A DNA stretch of 64,000 nt from Chrysomallon squamiferum (lineage: Eukaryota; Animalia; Mollusca), in contig CM022676.1 in NCBI GenBank assembly GCA_012295275.1, positions 3,162,001 to 3,226,000 on the forward strand, in the 5' to 3' direction. The notes under the pieces were generated by a model. It saw only the letters and a list, made by a program, of their open reading frames with translations. It was not told where the DNA came from and did no database searches. How positions within the stretch are numbered: position 1 is the first letter of the stretch; every line of letters begins with the position of its first letter. The translations under genes were made by a program, and so were the position numbers. Shown here piece after piece: positions 53,455 to 64,000 of this stretch.

Positions 53455-53910
53455 CTCATCCTTTAAAGTATAGATAAGCATACTGTAACAAATATCTTTG
53501 TTTATTCCTTCAGATAAAACAACAAAATTAAAATGACATATCCTTTAAAATACAGATAAGCATACTGTAATGAATATCTTGTTTTTTTTTCAATTAAAAC
53601 AACAAAATTAAAATGATATGTACTTTAAAATTTGAATAACCATATCTTGTTTAATCTTTCAGATAAACCTACAAAACCTTTGAAATGTGGATAAGTATAC
53701 TCTCTATTATCTTGTTTATTCATTCACTTAAACCAAAAGAAACTGAAACTTTAACACATTCATTACAACTTCTTTGTCCTTTTAGTTCTCCATCAGCAGT
53801 AGTAAGTACTCTCTTTTAAGCACCCTCCCATTAACAGGAAAGAAATATGCCAGAGACTTTACAAAATGTTTATAAGCATAGTGTCGTTAACATTTTGTTT
53901 ATCCTTTGAC
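53455..53910. repeat. Degenerate about 80-bp tandem repeat
   Basis: CTTTAAA..A.AGATAAGCATACTGTAA...ATCTTGTTT...TAAAACAACAAAATTAAAATGA recurs with progressive decay. Confidence 0.7.
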
Positions 53911-54330
53911 AAAATTAAACAGTTAACAAGATTTATCGTTGACAGCTTCGCTTTCATTCTACCAGCCACTTACAGCTGATACGTAATTTGTTTTTTTCCA
54001 TTTACCCAAACACAGACTGATTCACTGAACACCTTTCCTATTCCACATTACCACATAGTTTTTTTTCTTTTCTTTCTTTCTTTCTTATTAAATCGATCTC
54101 GCCAGCAGTAAGTAATTGTAATTTTTTTTTTTTTTTCCCCGTCTCTGAACTTCTCAGGTTTATCCGACTTTCTCTTTCGTCCCCTTTCCCCACCATCTTC
54201 TGCTTACAGCTAAGAACAATTTATGGACTTAATTCACAATAACCTTTTCAAAGACCATCACCGTAATGGAAAATGGGGAAAGTGTATGGCGAAGAGCTAT
54301 GACACCTTTTTTCTTCTTCTTGTCGGAATG

Positions 54331-54366
<36 letters not shown>

Positions 54367-57300
54367 CAACAACTCAGACACATAGTCACAACAAAATCAA
54401 TATCGAAACTGGCTATAAATTTTCTTTTCATCCTCTCCTGTTGAAACATTATTCTACTTGGTACATACATATGAAAATACTCGTGGGATATCCGCGTCTA
54501 GACAGCAATCACTGAATGCCTACAATGGGACACCTTTTCCTTCTTACGAGAAAAACAAATTCCTTCACTGACGGACGTGCGAAAAAAAACTAAATAAACT
54601 AAAAAACTAAATAAACTAAACTAACGAGCTGTGCTTTCTGCACTTTAATGTGAAGATTAGTTTAAGTAAGTGAAAGATGAAACAAATAAATAAAAAATAA
54701 AAAAAATAAAAAATAAAAAATAACAATTATATTAAAAGAATAAAAAAAATAAAAACAGTCAACGTATTAAGTATTCACCTGTTATTATTATTTTTTCTTC
54801 ATTAAGATATTAATTGCTGGTTTATAAAATTTTAAAATATAGTCTGTTATGTTTTATATATATATATCTCACACACACACACACACACACAATAATCTTT
54901 TGTCGAATGGTATGTGAAACACTAAACATCAGGTGTTTCTTTACTTTTAACATTAACCTTTACTGACCATTTCTGTCTAATGTGAAAACTAAAAACTATC
55001 TCCAAAATGAAATAAAAATAAAATACACAGAAGAAGCTACTGTAAGCTCAAAGTTTTGTAAAGAAATAAAGTTTAATGCTTTGTTTTTATATACTGCAAA
55101 GATAGTAAACTGAATATTAACCCAATAAAAACTAGTATGAATAAAATATAAAACAAATATAAACTAAATATAAAACAAATATAAATTAAAAATGAAACAA
55201 ATATAAACAAATATAAACAAATATAAAGAAAATATCAAATGAATATAAACTAAATATAAACAATTATAAAACAGATATAAAACTAATAAAAAAGAAATGT
55301 CAACAAAATAAAAACAAACATAAATGATGCTTTTCTTTTTATAAACTAAATCTTAGTCTATAAAACAAGTATACAAATGAAATATAATACAGATTATATA
55401 TATATACATGTATGTATATGTATATGTATGTATGTATGTGTTAAAAATTTTAAAAAAAAATTGTTTAAATAATATTTACATTTAAATATATCATTTGCCA
55501 AGAGTACATCTTAAATTATTTATTTTTCACATTTACATTCAACATCACATTTTTGTTTTCATGTTTAAATGTTTCATTCATTTTAAATTTGTTATTTAAA
55601 TATTAAATTCTTCACATTTTTGGTATTTTAAGTATTTTGTTTATTACATGTTCTCTCTCTCTCACAAAAACAGACATGAATATACAATTATGAATTTGTA
55701 AATAAATTAAGTAAATTTTATTTTATATTTCTGTTATATTACTTTTTGCATAAAAAAAAAAATGTATGCTTATTTTCAGGTTAATGTTACAAGACTATTT
55801 TTGTATTAGATTAAAAAACAAATTATAATTTAAAAAAAAAAAAAAAAAATTTGAAGGAAGCAATTTCATTATTAGTATAATTTATTTTTTTAAATATTTT
55901 TTCATAGTTAATAATTACATAAATCAATCTTTTCTTTATTATTAATATTTTCAGCATAAAAATAAATTTGATCTTTTTCATAATTTAAAAAAAACTTTTA
56001 GTTTTTTCTGTTTCTTTATTATTTTTTTTTTCTTTCATTAATTCTTCTCCAATACAAAATCATGTTTTCTATAACTATCTTCTAACTTGGAGTTAAAAAT
56101 ATGAAAGAAAAACAGAAAAAAAAAAAAAAAAAAAAATTATGAATAATCCTATTGATTTTTTGTATTAGATTAAAACAATTTTCACAATATTTATCGTTAG
56201 ACAGAATCCATGTGGGGGACAGGTGCAAACACACCCAGAAAATACCAACAACACATCAATGGATGGTTTTCAAACTGATGAATCTTCTTCACTGCTAATA
56301 TCAGAACCATACTCACAAGCATGAAATTCTACAATTAAACTGATAATTTTCAGACGGTGATAAAAATAAATTCTATGATGCATTACAGTTTCTGCCGTCA
56401 ACATACACAACACAAAAACAACTTCAACATCATAATACATTATTTTTTTGAAACTATTGTTAAAACAATGCTCTATTAGAAACGATTACTGACACCGATA
56501 CCATTACATGTGTGTGTTTGTGTGTGAGAGAGAGAGAGATAAAAAAAAATCTCACTTTACTAAACTGTATCTAAAACAACCCATACTATTCAAAACACAA
56601 CAACAATGGACATAAATCTTCGCAGCCTAACTTTTATTAAACGACAATTTCTCTATAATATTGCATGATAATGACCAATCTTTGTAATGGGAATGGTGAC
56701 GCCATATGACACGTTAGAACCCGATCCTGGAAGCTGGCAAAAAAAATCTGTGGAGATTGTGTCATATTTCTTGTGTGTGTCTGCAGCACAATTTATACGT
56801 CTAGACGTTATTTAATACGCTTCCTGATAATACACAGCCACCCAATATGGCTTCCATGCATGCAAAATGGTTATTATCACCGGCACATTTTCTTAATCTT
56901 ATTTTTATTTTATTTTCTAACACAAAATAAAAAACAGGTGTTTATTAACTAAATGAGTGACTCTTCAAACAGTGTTAAAAGAGGAAATACGTCTTAGCAA
57001 AGAAGAGTTTTTTACTTATGTTTTTACTCACGTTTGTACGTGCTTGGTTCTTCATTGAGATAGTATGAAAATAAATACAATTTTATACTTAATTATTTAA
57101 ATTCGTGTGTATATGTGTACTTATATAAAACACACTCTCTCGCTCTCTCTCCACACACACAATCAAATATACTATTCCTAACATCACATACATACCTACC
57201 AATAATACATTTTCCACCTCACATCACCCACATCACAGACACACAGACAGACACACACAGACACACAGACAAACACACACACACACACACACACATACTC

Positions 57301-58241
57301 ACTCTCACTCACGTACACACACAGGTACATACATCAAAGTTAACAACACTACATTATTTCTGACTGAATTCTCAAATGAGCACACTGAACATCCTGCTTG
57401 TCGAAACCGCCTGATTACAGCAAATATTAAAATATTGTAAGTGCCATGTAATCACACCCAGGAGACAGAACAGGAGACATTTTCTTTTTTAAAGATATCT
57501 ATCTCTTTACATCTCCCACGAGCAACTGCTAGCTGTTGGCAGTATTTCTTTTCACAGCTTATCAAGTTCAATAAAAACTTTTCTAATGTTAGTCAACCAA
57601 TTGGTAACTTTTTTCCTGTGATTTCTCCCCAATTATGTTCGTCTGTCTTTCAGTCATGCTCAGGGAAATAAAAAAGAAAGGCATGGCTTCTTCAATAATC
57701 ATGGTGTCCTTAACATACGTAATGTCTGCAAATGATATACGTTCTGAAGCTGTATCTGCATCACATACACAAGTCTACAGCGTCTATGCTGTCTATACCA
57801 TGCTCTTAGTCTTTCTTGCTTTCTTAATCTTTCTTCCTTTCTCTCAACCCCCTCTCTCCCTCTCTCCCTCCCTCTCTCCCAACTTTCTCTCTCTGTCTCA
57901 CTTGCAAAGTACATCGTTGCTGTGAATGACAACGGCTTCATTAGACGAGCAGCAGCTTCGGTGAAACAGTTCAATGCCGCACACACCAGCTTGGTCCGAG
58001 AGTGTCTTATTATCTTGTTATGCTAGTGACAAGGAAAATAACTACTGGCATGCTGGGGCGGTTTGTTCTGTGACATGAAATGGAAGCTGTTTGATTAGCT
58101 GAAGAATGTCTGCTACAAATGCGTTGTTGTCAGGAACAATGTAGGCGATTCAAGACAGAATACTGTCAGTGTTTTCTAATCATCTGCCCTACTGGCAATA
58201 CCGTCTTACTCGGATATGTTCAGTCTGACAAGTTCTGTTGC

Positions 58242-58322
<81 letters not shown>

Positions 58323-58400
58323 TATTATTATTATTATTATTATTACTGTTATTATTATTACTGTTATTATTGTTATTATCATTATCATTATCATTATTAT
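58242..58400. repeat. Long imperfect (ATT)n microsatellite
   Basis: Direct read. Source of several homopolymeric ORFs. Confidence 0.95.
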
Positions 58401-59270
58401 CAGTGATTATGGTTTTGTGGTTATGATGTTGGTAATAATCATAATGGTAGAAATACAGTAACTGCAGTAATAGTGGTGGCAATAGCAGTAGTGATGCTAA
58501 TATAGTGAGCGAAGTAGCTCATGATTCCAAAAATAGTAGTAGTAGTTGTAGTAGCAAGAGCAACAGTGATGATGGTGTTAGTGATAGTTGTAATGATTAT
58601 AGTGGTGGTGGTGGTGATGGTACTAGCAGTAGCAGTAGTGGTAGTTCTACAAGTATATTTTACTTAATCTAAATTAGTCACTTTCTGTCACGATACAAAA
58701 ATTACATATGATTCACCGTGCATACTAAAAGAGATAATAAAAAAAAAAAAAATAAAAAAAAAACTTTACTTAATCCATTCAGTTTGTTTGAATAGTTTTC
58801 CAAAAAATCTTGAAATCTTTTCAGAAATCAAATTTATTCCAGTTTATTAGGCAGGTTTTGCTGGCTGTTTCAAGCTATACTCGAGCAGTTTCAAAAACTC
58901 AGCCTCGTCCAGTTTATTAAGGTAGGTCTCGACGGCCGATGTAGAATATACATCACCGGCCAGACGTCTATTATGTAAGACTTCAGCAAGTCACCTCACA
59001 ACAAGATAAGACGTTTATAACTAGATTTCTCAGTCTGTGCATCAACACTGCCGAGATTGAAAGTAAATTGATTTTCTTTTTCTTTTTAAATTTATTATTT
59101 TTTTATTTACACATTTTTTTTTTAGCTTTTCTTCAGTCTAGTATTTCATATTTTTTATTATTATTAGTTTTTTTTTTTTTTCCTTTCTGGAAATTAAAAA
59201 ATAACACTAGTGATACCAGATTGAAAATAACTGATGTAAATCGATGTAATTTTTATATATGTGTGTGTGT

Positions 59271-59325
<55 letters not shown>

Positions 59326-62206
59326 TGTGTGTGTTTAAAATTATAAATACTTTTGGTAGGTACTTTTAAAATTTAGTTTAAGAAAATACCTTCCCAATGG
59401 TTCAATATGACAGATAATTAATTTTTATTATTTTATTTATTCAATTACTAAATACTTATCTTTATTCTGTTATAACCGTTGTTCATTTTTTTTTAAATTT
59501 ACATTTAAGAAACACTAGCTGTCCTTTGATTATTATTTTTTTTTTTAACCATGTTATTTATTTTATTTTTTAAATTTCATTTTGTTTTTTTTAAAGTTCC
59601 CCTATTAAGAAACCAACTACAAGTCCTGGCTGTGTTAAAGATCTGCAACTGAAATCACCAAAGGGCAATAGCCAATCGGAATAATTATGTTTTCGTTTTA
59701 AAAAAATAAAGCTGGAAAGATCATGAAAGCCATATAATATTCCAGAGGGAATGCTTCAGTGCAAATACGAACATATCCCCTCGCATGCTGTTTAAAGCTT
59801 TTTCTCCCAGAGTAGTTGTAGATGAGACTACATCGTTAGTGAGGGCTAATGTAGCTTGTATGGTTATATAACGACTGCTCGGAGACGACTACTACAACTG
59901 ATGACAACATCAGGAGACTCTTAAATTGCAAATTGATAAAAAAAAAAGAAGAGAGGTGAAAAAAAAAAAAAAAAATGAAGGAAAGAAAATAGTGGAGAGA
60001 AAAAAAAAAGTAATTTAATAATCAAAAAAAAAAAAAAAAAAAATTGAACAACTGAAATTAAAACACTAAAATAAAAAACATTATAAGGAAATAAATAAAA
60101 ATATGAATAATAAAAAAAATTGATATGTTGAAGTTAAAGAGAATTTCATAATGTATGTCTATGAGCACAACAACAACAACAAAAAGTATATTAAAAATAG
60201 GATGATGAAAGATTTAAATATAAATTGGTCAAATAATTAACATCAATGTGTAAACATAGCTAAATTTTAAATTACCAATAATACTCTCTCTTAATAACAC
60301 AACTATATATAAAAATGAAAAATATTTATACCATAAACAGCATGGCAACAAGAACAACAAGAAGAAGAATATAAGAAAAAGACTAAAAAAAAATAAATCT
60401 GGTTAATAGTACACTACATATAATTTAGCCGGTGTATTTTAAACTTGACCAATACTGCCCATCGTCCACTCCTTGTAATTACATTAACCATCAGAACAAA
60501 GCAGAATAACAGATTTTTCAATTTAATTTAGAGAAGAAATCATATTCCACGACTGACTTAATTTCGCATTCATGTCCCCTGTAATTTATGCAACAGCTTA
60601 AGCCAGATGACACACAGAGCACACAGTACGTAGTTAGCTTATTGAAAATCATTTACCCAAGAGAGCAAAACAAATTTTCACCGCAAACCGAATCAAAATT
60701 CACTAACCGCGGCAATCAGTTTATCTGTAATCACCAAAATATGAACAAATCTGAGCTGTTTGTAATTGTTGTAAATGTCAGAATATTACACCAATAACAG
60801 ATTAATAATAAAAAAAAAAAAAAAAAAAAAAAAGAAACGATAGTAAAATAATCAAGAGAATTCTTCAGTCTCTGTTTGTAATTGCTATGAAAGACCTATT
60901 AAGTTATCAGCTCAATACGGCCGCTATTGATGGTCAGCTCGGAGGATGACCTAGCATTCCACTGACCACCAACGCAGATTGAAATGACCAGACCGAATGA
61001 CCCAAACACTGGGTCAGCACTGGCTGCTGCAGCCGGTGACCAGGCCAAATTAGTCCGGCTGTGTTTGTCCTAATTGACACAGATCACCATGGTGATACGA
61101 CTGATGGCTGGCCACTGCTGGGAACTTGGGCTGCTGCGTCTGTGAGAGACCGATCAGCCTCGGTGGAGGATGTTTGACAATCAAACGTGGATGACAGCAT
61201 CCATCGGAGTTAGAGTTAGCCGAGATAATGCTTTTCAATTACACTTTCTGTGTTAATCACATTTACTCTGTGTGGATTTTTTTTTTTTTTTTTTTTTTTC
61301 ACCACTAACCTTGTTATTGGTTAATGAACAAAAAAAAAAAAGAAATGTAAGGAAAATAGTTAATGAAAATGTGACTTAAATAGAGCACGTATTGCTTTTA
61401 CGACAAACAAGCAGAGATTTCTGTACGTGCAGTTAACAGGGAAAAAAAAAATACTTTTAAGCCTGATATGAATAAATGACTGACAGGCTGGCTGAATGAA
61501 TGAATATGTAATGAATTATTCTCTAAATTATTTACTGTCAAAAGAAAAAGAGAAACAGATACTGGAAATGAGACAAAATCAGTACATGTACTTATAACAC
61601 TGCTTAGATTTTCACACTGAAGATAATGACAGAAAATGACATTAGTCTATTTTTAGGGAAGGAACACGAAGAAAAAAATGAAAATGAATAAATGCATATT
61701 AAACTATATTTTCATACACTTCTGCATTAAAGATTATTAAGAATCATCACGCAATTCTGCAATTTCAGAGAAAAACTCTTCTGTAACAGAAATTACTAAA
61801 ATTATCAGTCAACAACAGATGATTTATCATACAATCTTTTCCAAGGTCAACGAGTAATAGGGATAGAGTTAGAATGGGAAAAAGCCCAATGGATATTTGT
61901 TAAAAAAAACACCAAAAAAAAAAAACACACCAGAAAGCACAGGAAAACAGTCAGTTGAAAAGAACACAGAAATAAAGTGAGGCAAATGAAACAAGCTTTA
62001 CATGAATCCATAAACTGATAATTTTTAATATGTTTAAGTAATTCACATAAATTTAAACTAACAGTATCAGATTTAGTATATTCCTACAAACAGTAGCTAG
62101 CGAGAACTGCTTATAAGTTCAGATAGTTGAGCTTTGGATTCTCTAACTCAAGATTCTGGTCCAGATCTTCTAGGTGGAAGATGAATAAATTGAATAAATA
62201 GCTTAC

Positions 62207-62278
62207 CTTAACAGTAACAGACAAAGAAACCATAGCCTTTGTTTCTTGATAAGAATATCCAAATATTCCAAAAACAAC
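62207..62278 (-). ncRNA. Candidate 72-nt host exon
   Basis: ttttactttaatttcag|gtt ... taag|gtaagc. Joining it to the 49805 exon gives stops in all frames. Confidence 0.55.
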
Positions 62279-64000
62279 CTGAAATTAAAGTAAAATAATG
62301 TCAATACACATTTATGCTCAGAATATTTTTTGTTATTTATTTATTTTTTTTTTTTTTTTTTTTCTGTTAGAAGCAATTATTTAATTAGCAGACTTATATA
62401 TATATATAGAAAGATAGATAGTTATAGACAGACATTTGATGAAGTATGTACAAGGCACTGGGTTGACAAAGAAATAATCCATCAGGACAATGATGTGTAA
62501 GAGGTTCTCTCAGAAGAGCAGCACCTACTCAGCTCTACACAGATATTTTACTGTTTTCAGTAGTAAACAATTTTAAACATAAATCTTCATTTTCATCTCT
62601 AACAGTTAATTTATTTAAACTTAACACAGGCAGCAGAGGTTTTATGTCTTAAAAAAAAAATTAAAAAATTGTTTTCATTTTTTTTGGAAAAATAAAATTT
62701 TATTGAGCTATTACCAAAATCTGATCTGCAGTCATTTTAATTCAATCATCATGATATTTAATCCCAAATCTTCAATAATTTTTTTTCTGTTTTTTAAATT
62801 TTGTTTTAAACAGCATGAATTTCTCAACTAGAATCATTCTGATTACACTGATTTGACTAAGTGGTCTTCAATGTTGTCGTACAAAGACAATGAGATTGCT
62901 GTGTCGAGGAATGACAGGTATCCAAACCAAACATCTGTCCAAGCAGCGTCTGGTGCTGTCTGCAGTCACATGTGTGACACTACTGGGTCAGCATCTTCCA
63001 CTAACACAATTTGCACCACAGACAACAGATCAGTCAGACTCAAACTCAAACTCACGGTTAAAGTACACGTGTACATCACAAGTCTGAGCTGCAGACTCAA
63101 AAATCTTTCCAGTCCACTTTGTTAATAATACAGACCCCTGTAGTTATGTCTTATTTTTTTCAAAATTTTGAAATATTCATCCTAGTCTATTAATTATATT
63201 ACATAATTTTGAAATGTGATATTTGTTTTCACCACCATTATAACATGATCACCATCATGTTTACATTTATTTTAATGTGTTTGTATCCATGTTGTTTTAT
63301 ATTTTTAGTTTATTAGTTTACATGTTAAACCACCCTTGAACTTACTTTGTATATGAACATGGTATTTAAATATAATAATAATATACTTATGACAGTGTTA
63401 TTCTTGGTGTATTACAGTTTTTATTAAGCTGGTGACTTGTTCACCCAAAGGTGAATGAAAGTTATTTTGGGGTGAATGAAACGAGAGACAAAAATCATCA
63501 AAAATGTATTTAATCATCAGTGAATGAAATTTAACTGTTAGAGAATTATAAAGTAGATGGGGGTAGTGACTGACTTAGCTCTGGGGAAGAAGCAAGAAAC
63601 AGTGATGTAATGAAATCAACAGAGTTCTTGTCTCGTGTCAGTATTACAGTGTTATAGTTACACAGATAGTGGTGTTGCAATTCATGAAGGATTGCTTGGA
63701 TTTGAACCCAGTACTGATTACACTTCACACTGACAACTTAACTACTATGTCTTGACACATTTTTGATAGATTTACTAAATCAATTAAATTTAAAAACAAT
63801 ATAAATAATGTCTCTACTTTGAAATAACAGATTTGATAGAGATGACAACAAACATTAGTATAATAACAATAACATTTAGCAGAAGATGTAATATTAAAAG
63901 TAATAAAACAAAATAAGGTTGGTGTTTGTGAATTAAATATTTAAAATTTGCTATGAAGTCAAATATTATAAACCCATCACTTTATTTTTAATGTGAAACT

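Noticed and set aside
57620-57670. miR-125-like sequence UCCCUGAGCAUGACUG on the minus strand (possible second mir-125)
   Set aside because: Only the first 8 nt match. The surrounding fold is short and heavily mismatched, so chance is likely unless small-RNA reads say otherwise.
58926-58965. Hairpin GGCCG-ATGTA-gaata-TACAT-cac-CGGCC as a novel miRNA
   Set aside because: The stem is far too short for a Drosha/Dicer substrate.

Overview
This is an AT-rich, microsatellite-dense animal genomic window. It is probably from a mollusc or other lophotrochozoan, which is an inference from the miR-125 variant, the Ig-domain style and the repeats. Almost all ORFs in the supplied track are low-complexity noise. 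Two real loci lie on the minus strand. (1) A small gene with four coding exons (2520-165) encoding a 166-aa protein: signal peptide, one Cys-rich Ig domain and a GPI-anchor-like tail. (2) The bilaterian let-7-Complex microRNA cluster with an unusual content. In transcription order it reads mir-100 (17355-17297), let-7 (16614-16547), a second intact mir-100 (15105-15047) and mir-125 (9470-9416). The hairpins sit in an inferred long, spliced non-coding host transcript. Its small exons are scattered from about 62.3 kb to 10.5 kb, with candidate internal promoters at about 24.2 and 32.9 kb, an AG|GTAAGA recursive-splice-like site at 27.75 kb and a poly(A) signal at about 8.69 kb. The rest is coding-free DNA with minisatellites, fold-back inverted repeats and clusters of nuclear-receptor half-sites. 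The microRNA calls are direct sequence matches. The host-gene structure and regulatory roles are inferred from motifs only.
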